A DNA stretch of 64,000 nucleotides from Candidatus Kapaibacterium sp. (GCA_963664875.1 OY761611.1:3424001-3488000); one strand, 5' to 3'. Counted from the stretch's first letter, positions 37,009-47,850 are shown. Notes: generated by a model from the letters alone, not told the origin. Made by a program: numbers and translations.

Positions 37009-37950
37009 CTACTTCGCTTTAGATAATATATTTTGAACAGTTTCGATATCAATTTTAGTGAAATTAGATATGTTCTCAATATCCATACCTGAATTATGTA
37101 AATTAATTATTATTTCTTTTCTTCCTTCTTCAATCCCTTCTTTCCTTCCCTCTTCAATTCCCTCTTTTCTTCCTTCTTCAATTCCTAACTTAATGCCTTC
37201 CTCGATTCCCTCTTCATATCCTTCATCATGAGCGGTATCGAGCGAATTTTTCAAATCACGGTAATGCTTCAAACTTTCTTCGTAGGATTTGGCTTGTTCC
37301 GGAGTAAACCGAGCTATCTCAGCTGTTTCAAATAGCTTAAGGAATATTTTTTCTCTTAGTTTTTCGGGAATATTGTCCAATCTGGTCATGTTTTTCAAAA
37401 CATAAAGCCATTTATCAAAGCGAGTTTCTAACTCATCTACTGACTTATTGAATTTAGGCATTTCTAAATATATAAATGTCAATTTATCGTAGAAAACTTT
37501 ATGCGTTTCTATATCTGATAACTTCACATCGTATCTGAATTTATCAGGCTGGTCTTTGTCTTCATCAAAAACAAAATCTAAAATTGCAATTGTGTAAACT
37601 GCCTTTAGTTCAAAATTCCAATCATTTCTTTTTGCCTGCTCTGTGATAGGGAAGGTGGAATAGTAAACAGTTCTGTCTTTAAAGAAATTCTGCTTTGTTT
37701 TTTGGAGCTCAACAATAAACTTTTCACCCTTTTCATTTTCGCAATAAAGATCAAAAATAGCTTTTCTGTCCATATCCGTCGAACCAAGATGCTCATTTTT
37801 CAAATAAGTGAGTTCCTTGATTTCACCCTGCTCTTCACGCAAAAGCTCACTAAGGAAGTCTTTAAGCAAATCCTTATTGGGCTCTTCACCAAATAGCTTT
37901 TTGAAACCATAATCCGTAAACGGATTTATATATTTTTCTGTTAGGTACAT
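37009..37950 (-). CDS. Rpn family PD-(D/E)XK nuclease (first copy, longest tail)
   Basis: Same core; three GIEEGRKE repeats. Confidence 0.92.
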   Translation of the reverse strand: MYLTEKYINPFTDYGFKKLFGEEPNKDLLKDFLSELLREEQGEIKELTYLKNEHLGSTDMDRKAIFDLYCENEKGEKFIVELQKTKQNFFKDRTVYYSTFPITEQAKRNDWNFELKAVYTIAILDFVFDEDKDQPDKFRYDVKLSDIETHKVFYDKLTFIYLEMPKFNKSVDELETRFDKWLYVLKNMTRLDNIPEKLREKIFLKLFETAEIARFTPEQAKSYEESLKHYRDLKNSLDTAHDEGYEEGIEEGIKLGIEEGRKEGIEEGRKEGIEEGRKEIIINLHNSGMDIENISNFTKIDIETVQNILSKAK

Positions 37951-38047
37951 AAGCCAAAGCTCCCTAAGACACTATTGCAGTTCTTTACTTTATCAAAAAT
38001 ACGATAGAATATCAATACTTATTTTAATTTATTTGTCTCTATCTTAC

Positions 38048-38082
38048 AATACAACCGCAAAGCAATGCCTTACGGTTGTATT
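38048..38082 (-). terminator. Hairpin downstream of ftsK
   Basis: AATACAACCG...CGGTTGTATT stem; no clear T-tract. Confidence 0.4.
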
Positions 38083-38121
38083 ATGTATTTATATAATATG
38101 TACGTATTTCAAATTTAGAAG

Positions 38122-41100
38122 TTATAAAATTGCTTCCAAATCAGATTCGCTTTCCATTAGTACATCTCTGGCTTTACTTCCTGTAAATGGACCAACAACT
38201 CCGGCTGCCTCTAATTCGTCAACTATCCTACCTGCTCTTGCATAACCAACTTTCAACCTTCTCTGTACCAAAGAGACAGAACCCTGTTGATGTCTTATAA
38301 TCAATCGTGCTGCATCTTCAAAAAGCGGATCTCTCCCTGACATATCAAATGCCTGTGTCTCGCCGATTTCTTCATTAAGTGTTGGTAAATAGTATGGCTC
38401 GGAGTACCCTCTCTGATTGCCGATATATTCGCAGATATCATCTACTTCATCTGTATCTATAAAAGAGTTTTGCACTCTTATAGGTTTGATTGTACCCGGA
38501 GGTAAACAAAGCATATCGCCGTTTCCGAGTAGTTTTTCTGCACCAGAGAAGTCAAGGATTGTTCGGGAGTCAATTTTTGTTGCCACCAAATATGCCATAC
38601 GTGCAGGGAAGTTTGCTTTGATTAAACCGGTTATTACATCTACAGATGGACGCTGCGTTGCAATTACCATGTGAATTCCAACGGCTCTCGCCATTTGTGC
38701 TAATCTCGTGATTGGTTCTTCTACTTCCTTGCCTGCAGTAAGCATTAGATCTGCTAACTCGTCTATAACGACAACGATATAAGGTAACGGGCGGTGATCT
38801 ATATCTGTCCGGTCTTTATATTTCCCGTCCAATACCTTTTTGTTGTAATCTTTTATATTTCTGTCTCCGGCTGAAGCGAGTAAATCATACCTTTTTTCCA
38901 TCTCGACAACTGCAGCCTTCAAGATGATTATTGCTTCTTTTGGATCTGTAATTATGGTTGAATTCAAATCAGGAGAAACTGCCATAAAGTGATCTTTCAG
39001 GTGAGAATATTGTTGCAATTCCACCTTTTTCGGGTCAATTATTACAAATTTCAATTCGTGTGGCAATCGTTTATAGAGCAATGAGCAGATAAGCGTATTT
39101 ATACCTACTGATTTACCTGCACCTGTGCTGCCGGCGATTAATACGTGAGGCATTTTTGCTAAATCTACAATATATACTTCACCGGAAATTTGCTTCCCTA
39201 ATGCTAAAGGGAGCTGCATATTATTGTTTTTGAATTTTTCTGATTTTATAACATCTCCAAATCTCACCAGCTGAGGCTCTTGATTCGGGATTTCTATGCC
39301 AACAGTTCCTTTGCCGGGAATAGGTGCTATCACCCTAATACCTCGTGCTTTTAAAGCCATAGCCAGGTCATCTGCAAGCCCTTCTATACGGCTTATTTTG
39401 ATCCCTGCTGCAGGCACAAATTCATATTGTGTTACTACCGGACCTGGAGTTACGCTTAGATTTTCTATAAAGATTTTGAAAGTCTCTAATTTTTCCTGCA
39501 GTATTCTTGCATTGTCTTTTAGTTCCTGCTCGTTTATAGTGTTTGTTCCGTCACCCATTTTGACCAATTCTAATGTCGGTGGAGTGTAGTTTATCTTTTC
39601 GTCGTGGATGTAAGTACTAAGCTTTAGTTTTGGAGCTAATGTCTCTTTCTTCTTTACAGGTCTATATTCTTCATCATCTTCAAACTCATGCACAGTAACA
39701 GTCAAGGCGGGTTTGATTGGAGGTATAGAGCTTTCAGTTTTTTCATATTCAAAGCCTTCTTCTTCCGATGTTTCTTCTTCGTAACTTTGCCAATTCTCTC
39801 CTGTCACAGAATTCGTATCATCTTGATCTGTACCGAATTCGTTTTCATAACGGGTTGATTGAATATTTATATCTAATGGCTTTGCTGTAGATGATTCGTA
39901 TGGAGTTTCTGTTTCTTCAATTTCTTCATTTGCAAAGTCAGCATCATATTTGAATTCGAAACTTTCTGCTCTTTGGTTATTTGAATTTGATTTTGTCTGT
40001 AAATTTTGCAAGATATCTCTTGCTGATAATTTTAGTTTTTTCTGTTGAGAAGTTGCTTCCCGGTTAGCTTGCGGTGCCGCTGTTTCTTCGTCTCTAACTG
40101 CTTGCCCTCTTGGTTGTAATGGTTCGCGCTGTTGTTCTTCGCTGAAGCTATCCACAACGGGCTTGTTGATTGTTGTTCTGATTAGCCTTGCCGGTTCTAC
40201 ACTTTGATTGCTAATGATAGACTCTCTTTGTTGCTCTTTTGTTTTTTGAGCTACACTTTTTGCTTCATTTTTTTCTGGCTCTGCGCTTTTATTGATGATG
40301 TAGTTAGTTTCTTTTCTTTCTTCAGTAACCGGACTTTCGGTTTCAGATTCCTCGTATTCATCATCTATATCGTCTATATAGTCATCATCTAATCTTGTTA
40401 TGTTCACTTCTTCTTTTGATTTTTTTGCAGCGCTTGCATTGTTAAGTTTTTCTCGTAATATTTCTTTGCCGCTGCCTACTATTTCTTCCGTTTTCGAAAG
40501 AAATATACTTATTACTTTATCAATTTTGATATCTGTTCCAAGTATTACAGTTACTACAATCGCAGCTAAATATATCAATATAGAGCCAATAATTCCTACT
40601 ATGCTGATAGTTATCGAAGACAGAAACTCCCCGATAAAACCATACCACTCATGGCTTAAATCTACAAACAAGGATGTATTTTGCAAAGTTGCAAAAAATG
40701 CTGAAAAGAGTAAGCCAAGTATCAGATAAACTGTAGTGTGTTTGATCCATTTATCCTCAATTTCTTCGCCCTGAAACATAAACTTTGCAAATATGACTAT
40801 AAAAAAAGGAATGCCAAAGCTCGGATAGCCAAATGTTGAATTAAAAAAGAAATCTGAAAGCCAAGCTCCTACTATACCTAACCAGTTATGAATAAGCACA
40901 GGAGCACCTCCGCCAAATGCCATATCCATAAATCCGGAAAAGCCTAATGTCAAATATCTTTGGTCTATTTTCGAATGAGACAGCATTGATAGTATTATAA
41001 ACACTGATATTAGCATCAGCATTATAGATATTACTTTTGTTTGAGTGCTTACTTCGCTCTTTTTGCGTTTAGGTGCAGAAGAGTTGTTCTTTTTCGGATT

Positions 41101-41145
41101 TTTCTTTTTTATTCGATTTAGAACAATGTCGTCGTTATTAGGCAT
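38122..41145 (-). CDS. ftsK: DNA translocase FtsK
   Basis: N-terminal TM domain, acidic linker, MPHVLIAGSTGAGKS, VVVIDELADLM, ATQRPSVDV, gamma domain GYARAGR. Confidence 0.97.
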   Translation of the reverse strand: MPNNDDIVLNRIKKKNPKKNNSSAPKRKKSEVSTQTKVISIMLMLISVFIILSMLSHSKIDQRYLTLGFSGFMDMAFGGGAPVLIHNWLGIVGAWLSDFFFNSTFGYPSFGIPFFIVIFAKFMFQGEEIEDKWIKHTTVYLILGLLFSAFFATLQNTSLFVDLSHEWYGFIGEFLSSITISIVGIIGSILIYLAAIVVTVILGTDIKIDKVISIFLSKTEEIVGSGKEILREKLNNASAAKKSKEEVNITRLDDDYIDDIDDEYEESETESPVTEERKETNYIINKSAEPEKNEAKSVAQKTKEQQRESIISNQSVEPARLIRTTINKPVVDSFSEEQQREPLQPRGQAVRDEETAAPQANREATSQQKKLKLSARDILQNLQTKSNSNNQRAESFEFKYDADFANEEIEETETPYESSTAKPLDINIQSTRYENEFGTDQDDTNSVTGENWQSYEEETSEEEGFEYEKTESSIPPIKPALTVTVHEFEDDEEYRPVKKKETLAPKLKLSTYIHDEKINYTPPTLELVKMGDGTNTINEQELKDNARILQEKLETFKIFIENLSVTPGPVVTQYEFVPAAGIKISRIEGLADDLAMALKARGIRVIAPIPGKGTVGIEIPNQEPQLVRFGDVIKSEKFKNNNMQLPLALGKQISGEVYIVDLAKMPHVLIAGSTGAGKSVGINTLICSLLYKRLPHELKFVIIDPKKVELQQYSHLKDHFMAVSPDLNSTIITDPKEAIIILKAAVVEMEKRYDLLASAGDRNIKDYNKKVLDGKYKDRTDIDHRPLPYIVVVIDELADLMLTAGKEVEEPITRLAQMARAVGIHMVIATQRPSVDVITGLIKANFPARMAYLVATKIDSRTILDFSGAEKLLGNGDMLCLPPGTIKPIRVQNSFIDTDEVDDICEYIGNQRGYSEPYYLPTLNEEIGETQAFDMSGRDPLFEDAARLIIRHQQGSVSLVQRRLKVGYARAGRIVDELEAAGVVGPFTGSKARDVLMESESDLEAIL

Positions 41146-41249
41146 TTTTTCCCCCCAGAATAAAATGCTTGTGCAACAATGTATTTAATATATTATGTCA
41201 ATATATAAATAATAACAAAATTAGTCAAAAGATTATATGATTTATATCA

Positions 41250-41999
41250 CTAAGCTTTTTTAATGCTATTGCCTTCAATGACTGGTACTACAGGAAAAGC
41301 ATTTCTTGTTAGGCACAAATCTATGTCAGATTCCATACCGTTTGCTTTTAGTGTTTTTGCATGCTCCCTTGTTTTTATAAAATCGAGCAAATCGAAAGAA
41401 TGCAAATTGTATAAGTTTTTGGCTGCATCTGCGGCATCTGTAAGTAATACATTATCAAATGTTTTGTAAAAATAGTTTATAAATGCTCCGGCACATAAAG
41501 TGTCCTCGTAGGACAGTCTGCCGTTAGTGCCCGCACACATGATACAAATGTCTGCAGTTGTGATAGATTCTTCGTCTGTCAGATAGTTGCTTTTGATGTA
41601 GTCTATAATGCTGTCAATATTTACAAATCCACCAACTACTCGCAATCTCGCATTTTTCCCCTTTTGGAATATTTTTGAACCATTTGTCGTAGAAAGGATT
41701 ACAGATTTGCCTTGAACTGCTTCTTCTGTATATTCTGTTGGGGAATTACCTGCATCAAATCCGCTTGGTTTCTGGCAGTTTCTTTCACCTCCGAGAAAAC
41801 GACTTTCTTTGCTTAGTGAGCTATATACTGATACAGCTTTGTCTAAACTCTCATAAGCCAATACTTCTTTTGCTCCGTTATGCAACGAGGCACAAACTGA
41901 AGAGCCGGCTCTGAGAACGTCAATCATGATTAGTATTTTGTTGTCAAACTGATTGACTGATTCAGGAAAATATGGTGTCAAAAAAGCATCGACTGTCAT
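41250..41999 (-). CDS. comB: 2-phosphosulfolactate phosphatase family protein
   Basis: IDVLRA.S, GGER, GFDAGNSP, STTNG, EDTLCAG. Confidence 0.9.
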   Translation of the reverse strand: MTVDAFLTPYFPESVNQFDNKILIMIDVLRAGSSVCASLHNGAKEVLAYESLDKAVSVYSSLSKESRFLGGERNCQKPSGFDAGNSPTEYTEEAVQGKSVILSTTNGSKIFQKGKNARLRVVGGFVNIDSIIDYIKSNYLTDEESITTADICIMCAGTNGRLSYEDTLCAGAFINYFYKTFDNVLLTDAADAAKNLYNLHSFDLLDFIKTREHAKTLKANGMESDIDLCLTRNAFPVVPVIEGNSIKKA

Positions 42000-42207
42000 T
42001 CTTTACCTATTTTAGCAGTTGTACATAATAAATACGACACTATCGCATTATAGAAGCAAAATAACTAAAAAAATCAAAAATTTTTATTTTGATTTTTGAA
42101 ATTTCCTTTTGCAGGCTAAATAATCTATATTTGGCAACTGTATTTCCTAATTTAGTCTTATATTGCAGAAATATAATATTTCAATTTCTAATTCTTATAC
42201 TTATATT

Positions 42208-42984
42208 ATGAATAAACCTTTTGTGATTGCAGGCCCTTGTCTTGCTGAATCTTTTAGTATGCTTGACGAAAGTGCTGCTCTTTTATCTGAACTTAGCCAA
42301 AAATTAAAATTTAAGTTGTATTTTAAAGCGTCTTATCGCAAAGCTAATAGAACAAGCGTTTCTTCTTTCGAAGGAGTAGGCGATGAAATTGCTCTTGGAT
42401 GGATAAAAGAAATTGGTCAAAAATACAATCTCGAAACTATTACTGATATACACGAGTCACAAGATGCCGCCTTTGTTGCAGAATTTGTAGATGTATTGCA
42501 AATACCTGCGTTTTTAGCAAGGCAAACTGCTTTACTAATAGCTGCAGGTGAGACAGGCAAAATTGTTAATATCAAAAAAGCTCAGTTTATGGCTCCGGCT
42601 GACGTAATCAAGGCAGCCGATAAAGTCAAATCTACCGGTAATAACAATATTTGGCTTACAGAACGTGGTACTTTTTTTGGCTATAACAATTTAGTAGTCG
42701 ATTACAGAGGTTTAGTGCAAATGAGACAAAGCGGTTACCCAACAGTCTTTGATGCTACTCATTCTGTGCAGCAACCTTCAATCGGCGAGCAGTCGGGTGG
42801 ATCCCCTGAGTTTATACCTGCTCTTGCTCGTGCTGCTGCTGCTGTTGGGATTGATGGTCTCTTTTTAGAAACACATCCTGACCCTGCTAATGCTAAAAGC
42901 GATGCTGCTACTCAGTTGCCTTTAGGTAAAGTTGAAAACTTTTTGACAGAAATTTTTAGAATACATGAAATTGTTAATCCTTAA
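42208..42984 (+). CDS. kdsA: KDO 8-phosphate synthase
   Basis: IAGPC, KASYRKANRTS, QIPAFLARQT, ERGTFFGYNNLVVD, DATHSVQQP. Confidence 0.96.
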   Translation: MNKPFVIAGPCLAESFSMLDESAALLSELSQKLKFKLYFKASYRKANRTSVSSFEGVGDEIALGWIKEIGQKYNLETITDIHESQDAAFVAEFVDVLQIPAFLARQTALLIAAGETGKIVNIKKAQFMAPADVIKAADKVKSTGNNNIWLTERGTFFGYNNLVVDYRGLVQMRQSGYPTVFDATHSVQQPSIGEQSGGSPEFIPALARAAAAVGIDGLFLETHPDPANAKSDAATQLPLGKVENFLTEIFRIHEIVNP

Positions 42985-43528
42985 TATTGTTGCTTGGCTT
43001 TTTTTAGCTTCTTGTTCCACCGAATATGATAAAAAACTTGTGGAGGAGGAGACACATGTCCTTCAGGGCGATGTTCCTGATCAGACAAGCCGCAATATTG
43101 AAGTGCTGTTTACTGATTCTAATGTTACTAAAGCTATATTAAAAGCCGGAAGGGCTCGCATCTATTCAAACAGCAGAGAAACTATTTTGGACAGCAGCGT
43201 CTATATAGATTTTTTTGACAGAAAAACCGGCAAAAAAGATAGCTATCTCATTGCTGATTCTGCGAGAATAGATGATGAAACTCAAAATATGGTTGCTGTC
43301 GGAAATGTCTTTTTCAAATCAGACAGTCAGCAATCAAGTTTGAAGACTAATAAGCTTTATTGGAATAATCAGACAAGAAAATTTTATACTGATGAATTTG
43401 TAGTATATGATAACCCTCGAGAGCATTTCGAAGGTTACGGGTTCGAGTCAGATGAGAACCTGACTAATTCTACTATTTACAAAATTTCCAATTCTACCAT
43501 TAACAAAGTATCCGGAGAGCAAAAATGA
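42965..43528 (+). CDS. lptC: LPS export ABC transporter periplasmic protein LptC
   Basis: Lipobox LASC; FFD, ADSA, AVGNV, LKTNKLYW, G.GFESDE; follows kdsA. Confidence 0.85.
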   Translation: MKLLILNIVAWLFLASCSTEYDKKLVEEETHVLQGDVPDQTSRNIEVLFTDSNVTKAILKAGRARIYSNSRETILDSSVYIDFFDRKTGKKDSYLIADSARIDDETQNMVAVGNVFFKSDSQQSSLKTNKLYWNNQTRKFYTDEFVVYDNPREHFEGYGFESDENLTNSTIYKISNSTINKVSGEQK

Positions 43529-44298
43529 AGAAAATGATGATTGCCGGTAACTGGAAGATGAATACCAATATTTTTGAGGCTCAAGTCTTAGCAGAATATA
43601 TTTTTGGCGGTGTTTTGCAAAAGCCCGATCTAAATGTCGAGGTTGTCCTTTGTCCGCCTTTTGTAAATCTATTGACAGTAGCAAACGTGCTGAAAGACAC
43701 AAAAAAAGTACATCTTGGTGCACAGAATTGCTACCACGAAGTAAAAGGTGCTTTCACAGGTGAAATATCTGTACCTATGCTTACTGAAGTAGGGTGCAAA
43801 TATGTTATAATAGGGCATTCCGAAAGACGTACTATTTTTGGCGAATCTGATGAGCTAATCAATAAAAAAGTAAATGCTATAATGGACTATGGCTACAATG
43901 CTATATTATGTATCGGCGAAACTTTAGAAGAACGCAATGCCGGCAAAACGTTTGAAGTGCTGTTTAGACAGCTCGATAAATGCCTCGCAGGCGTACCTAA
44001 TTATAAATTAAGAAATATAGTTATAGCTTACGAACCTGTCTGGGCTATAGGCACGGGTGTAGCTGCTACTGTAGCTCAGGTGGATGAGGCTCATAACAGA
44101 ATCAGAGAACATTTGTTAGAGTCACAAGGCACAGCTGCCAAAGATATGCTTATCCTTTACGGAGGAAGTATGAAACCTGATAACGCTGCCGAATTGCTGG
44201 GACTCGAAAATGTAAACGGTGGTCTCATTGGTGGTGCTGCTCTTGATCCGGAACAGTTCCTAAGTATTATTGAATCAGCAAGGAAAGTTTCCGAATAA
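43525..44298 (+). CDS. tpiA: Triosephosphate isomerase
   Basis: AGNWKMN, IGHSERR, AYEPVWAIGTG, LYGGS. Confidence 0.98.
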   Translation: MKKMMIAGNWKMNTNIFEAQVLAEYIFGGVLQKPDLNVEVVLCPPFVNLLTVANVLKDTKKVHLGAQNCYHEVKGAFTGEISVPMLTEVGCKYVIIGHSERRTIFGESDELINKKVNAIMDYGYNAILCIGETLEERNAGKTFEVLFRQLDKCLAGVPNYKLRNIVIAYEPVWAIGTGVAATVAQVDEAHNRIREHLLESQGTAAKDMLILYGGSMKPDNAAELLGLENVNGGLIGGAALDPEQFLSIIESARKVSE

Positions 44299-44870
44299 TG
44301 AAGTACAATCTGCCAAATATGGTAAGCCTATCGCGAATTGTGATTTCGCCGTTTTTTCTAATGCTTCTGATAAGCGGCGATAAATTCAAGATAAAATTGT
44401 CTGTGTTGCTTTTTGTAGTGGGAGCTATCACTGACTTTCTGGATGGATGGCTTGCCCGCAAATACCATCAGGTGAGCTCTTGGGGCAAATTTTTTGACCC
44501 GCTCGCAGATAAAGTACTCACAACTTCTGCATTTTTAGCATTTGTAATCATGGAGATTGTCCCTCTTTGGATGGTCTCCGTGATAATTCTTCGCGATTTG
44601 GCAACCACATGGCTCAGAAAAATAGGGGAGAGGAAAGGCTCTCCGCTAAATACTTCGAAATCTGCAAAAACAAAAACTTTTATTCAAATGGCTTTTATTG
44701 CTTATATCCTTGTTTTTCTTGCTCTTGATATGTATTCAGTTGTTGCTTCGGTATTTACTTACTGGTTTATGCTTGCTCTCACAGCTTACACAGTATGGAC
44801 ATTAGTAGAGTATTTGCTGAATAACAAAGAAATATTTTTTGCAGGGGGAAGCAACCAAAGTGAAACATAA
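44298..44870 (+). CDS. pgsA: CDP-diacylglycerol--glycerol-3-phosphate 3-phosphatidyltransferase
   Basis: NLPN, TDFLDGWLARK, GKFFDPLADK. Confidence 0.92.
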   Translation: MKYNLPNMVSLSRIVISPFFLMLLISGDKFKIKLSVLLFVVGAITDFLDGWLARKYHQVSSWGKFFDPLADKVLTTSAFLAFVIMEIVPLWMVSVIILRDLATTWLRKIGERKGSPLNTSKSAKTKTFIQMAFIAYILVFLALDMYSVVASVFTYWFMLALTAYTVWTLVEYLLNNKEIFFAGGSNQSET

Positions 44871-45351
44871 CTTTTCTCCCAAATACCTATTTGTTACTCT
44901 TTTAGGGAGTGGATACCTCCCCAAAGCACCCGGTAGCTGGGGCAGTTTGCTTGCAGTGTTGCCTGCGTGTTTTGATATACCATATATCAGGTATATTTTT
45001 CTACTGTTTTTTCTCTTCAGTTGGCTATCTGTTCCTATAATAAATTCGATTGAAAAAGAAACTCACAACGACCCCGGTTTTATTGTTATTGATGAAGCGA
45101 TGGGGATTTGGTTTATCTTTATTTCGCCTTATATTCCCCATAAAATAATTTACATTTTTATTGGGTTTCTGCTTTTTAGAATTTTTGATATTCTGAAGCC
45201 CTATCCCTGCAGCGTGCTAAATCGGCAAAAAGGCGGAGTGTATGTCATGTTAGACGACTTGTTTGCAGCAATTTACGCTTCTATTGCATTGCATTTGCTA
45301 ATTATGGCAGAAAATATTTTTGGATTTTTTAACTTAATTAAGTTAATATAG
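44860..45351 (+). CDS. pgpA: Phosphatidylglycerophosphatase A
   Basis: PKAPGSWGS, DPGFIVIDE, FRIFDILKP, VMLDD; GTG start assumed. Confidence 0.92.
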   Translation: MKHNFSPKYLFVTLLGSGYLPKAPGSWGSLLAVLPACFDIPYIRYIFLLFFLFSWLSVPIINSIEKETHNDPGFIVIDEAMGIWFIFISPYIPHKIIYIFIGFLLFRIFDILKPYPCSVLNRQKGGVYVMLDDLFAAIYASIALHLLIMAENIFGFFNLIKLI

Positions 45352-45524
45352 TCTTAAAAATTAGAAAAGTAACAGACTAAAATATGCCAAAATAGTTATG
45401 ACATAGCTCTCAAAGCTATACCTTGTGTCCAAATGTTAAGAGAAAAAATAATAACAAATCCCTAACAAAATTTAATACTACCCTAAACCCTTACAAAATA
45501 AAAGAAAAAAAGAAAAAAAAATAC

Positions 45525-45553
45525 TTGCACACTTTGGACAAAACTTATATCTT
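45525..45553 (+). promoter_or_regulatory. Putative promoter of the HU gene
   Basis: TTGCAC-17 nt-TATCTT preceded by an A-rich tract. Confidence 0.4.
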
Positions 45554-45607
45554 GCGGTCATAATAAATCAATAATCAGTTTTCTCATCTTATTAATCAGA
45601 GGTTCTC

Positions 45608-45889
45608 ATGAGTATGAACAAGACCGACTTAATCAATGCAGTAGCTGAAAAAGCTCAAATGACTAAAGTTGATGCAGAAAAAGCAATCAAAGCTACTTTT
45701 GATGCTATTACTAATGAATTGTCTCAAGGTGGTAAAATCACTTTAATCGGTTTCGGTACTTTCGAAGTTCAAGAAAGAAAAGAAAGAACAGGCAAAAACC
45801 CACAAACCGGTGCTACAATGACTATTCCTGCTAAAAAGGTTCCTAAATTCAAACCGGGCAAAGCATTGAAAGATGTTGTAGAAAAATAA
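45608..45889 (+). CDS. hup: DNA-binding protein HU
   Basis: MNKTDLI, GFGTF, RTGKNPQTG, PKFKPGKALK. Confidence 0.96.
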   Translation: MSMNKTDLINAVAEKAQMTKVDAEKAIKATFDAITNELSQGGKITLIGFGTFEVQERKERTGKNPQTGATMTIPAKKVPKFKPGKALKDVVEK

Positions 45890-45901
45890 ATTTTGATGTT
45901 G

Positions 45902-45935
45902 AAAAAAAGCCGCTTATTCTTAAGCGGCTTTTTTT
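45902..45935 (+). terminator. Intrinsic terminator after HU
   Basis: AAAAAAAGCCGCTTA-TTCT-TAAGCGGCTTTTTTT. Confidence 0.85.
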
Positions 45936-45979
45936 TATATTTGAAAGATTTATTTAATGTCAATCTATGGAAAAACGCC

Positions 45980-46906
45980 ATGAGTAAGGAACTGACGCTG
46001 TCCAAACCGTACCTCATTCAGGCAGACGACCTGACCCGTGAAGATATTTACAATGTATTTGAAAAAGCTCAATTCTTCATGGACAATTATAAAAGAGGGG
46101 AAAAATTTGATGACCTCAAGGGCATCACTGTTGCATTAGCATTTTTTGAAAATTCCACTCGTACAAAAATTTCTTTCGAACTCGCTGCAAAAAGACTTTC
46201 CGCAGACACTTTCTCATTTCAATCTTCTTCATCCAGCTTAAAAAAAGGGGAATCCCTTATCGATACTCTCAGAACTATCGAAGCTATGGGTGTGCAGATG
46301 TATGTAGTGCGTCACGGAAATTCAGGCGTTCCGAAATTTTTGCAGGAAAATACTGACGGTGTAGTGCTTAATGCCGGCGACGGCAAACATGAGCACCCGA
46401 CTCAGGCTATCTTAGATACCTTTACTCTTTACAGACATTTCGGCAAATTCGAAGGTCTTAAAGTATGTATTGTTGGCGATATTCTACACAGCCGCGTTGC
46501 AAGATCTAACATCACCACTCTAAAAACTCTTGGTGCTGAAGTTGCTGTTTGTGGCCCTGGTACTTTGCTCCCACGTCATTTGAACATTTGGGATGTACAG
46601 TTTATCGAAAACGTAGATGATGCTGTCGAATGGGCTGATGTTTTGCTCGTGCTTAGACTCCAAAGAGAAAGAATGGAATCTGGTATTCTGCCTTCTCTCA
46701 GAGAGTTCTCTAACTACTACGGTGTCAATTTTGAACATTTCAGCAGAAAGCCTGAGCTTGTGCTTATGCACCCGGGTCCTGTGAATTACGGTGTAGAGCT
46801 CGACTATAAAGTTAGCTCATACCCTAACTGCCTGATTGAAACTCAGGTAACTCACGGTGTTTATACCCGCATGGCTTTATTGTCGCTTCTTGCTAAGAAT
46901 GTTTAA
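45980..46906 (+). CDS. pyrB: Aspartate carbamoyltransferase catalytic subunit
   Basis: FFENSTRT, NAGDGKHEHPTQA, GDILHSRVARS, RLQRER, MHPGP. Confidence 0.96.
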   Translation: MSKELTLSKPYLIQADDLTREDIYNVFEKAQFFMDNYKRGEKFDDLKGITVALAFFENSTRTKISFELAAKRLSADTFSFQSSSSSLKKGESLIDTLRTIEAMGVQMYVVRHGNSGVPKFLQENTDGVVLNAGDGKHEHPTQAILDTFTLYRHFGKFEGLKVCIVGDILHSRVARSNITTLKTLGAEVAVCGPGTLLPRHLNIWDVQFIENVDDAVEWADVLLVLRLQRERMESGILPSLREFSNYYGVNFEHFSRKPELVLMHPGPVNYGVELDYKVSSYPNCLIETQVTHGVYTRMALLSLLAKNV

Positions 46907-46992
46907 ATATTAATGTAACTTTTTTAGTAATTCTGCACTCTTAGAGATATCTTTAAGAGTGCTTTTTTTTGCAAAATGCAAGATTACGTGGA

Positions 46993-47850
46993 TTGGAAAA
47001 TATCTGGACTATACTTGATATTATTAACTGGGGCAAGACTTTTTTTGAATCTAAAAATGTCGATTCGCCCAGATTATCTGTGGAACTTATCCTTTGCCAT
47101 GTATTGGGTAATTCTCGCATGGAGCTATATACTAAGTTCGACAAACCGCTGAACGATGAAGAGCTAAAAAAAATAAAAGAAGCTGCAATCGAAAGAGCAA
47201 AAGGAAAGCCTTTGCAGCATCTTATTGGCAAGACTTCTTTTATTGACTACGAAATCAAATGCTCGGCTGATGCCCTAATCCCGCGTCCCGAAACGGAATT
47301 TTTAGCAGATTGGGCTATCAAAGACTTTAGTGGTTGCGACGTGCATAATATTCTTGACATTGGCACCGGAAGCGGCTGTATTGCTATTGCCATGGCTGAC
47401 AATTTCAAATCAGCAAAAGTTTTTGCTATCGATGTCTCTACTGAGGCGCTCAAACTTGCAAAAGAAAATGCTGAATCAAACAAAATAGATAATATCTATT
47501 TCAAAAATATCGACATTTTGGAACAAACTGCAAAACATAACAAATTTGAGATAATAATTTCCAATCCTCCTTACATCCCTATAGATGAATATCATACGCT
47601 GGAGTCAGTGGTGAAAGACCATGAGCCGAAAATATCTTTGACAGACGGAAAAGATGGCATGACTTTTTATAAAAGATATTCTGAGATATTCGGAGAAATG
47701 CTTACAGATGAGGGTTGCTTTTATCTCGAAATCGGACACAATCAGGCAGAAGCAGTAAATTCTCTTTTTAGCTCCAAAGGTTATAAAACGGAACTGAAAA
47801 AGGATTTAGCAGGAATTTACAGAATGATTAAAGGCAAAAAATGCAGTTAA
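46993..47850 (+). CDS. prmC: Release factor glutamine methyltransferase
   Basis: ALIPRPETE, LDIGTGSGCIA, SNPPY, LEIG; start uncertain. Confidence 0.93.
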   Translation: MENIWTILDIINWGKTFFESKNVDSPRLSVELILCHVLGNSRMELYTKFDKPLNDEELKKIKEAAIERAKGKPLQHLIGKTSFIDYEIKCSADALIPRPETEFLADWAIKDFSGCDVHNILDIGTGSGCIAIAMADNFKSAKVFAIDVSTEALKLAKENAESNKIDNIYFKNIDILEQTAKHNKFEIIISNPPYIPIDEYHTLESVVKDHEPKISLTDGKDGMTFYKRYSEIFGEMLTDEGCFYLEIGHNQAEAVNSLFSSKGYKTELKKDLAGIYRMIKGKKCS

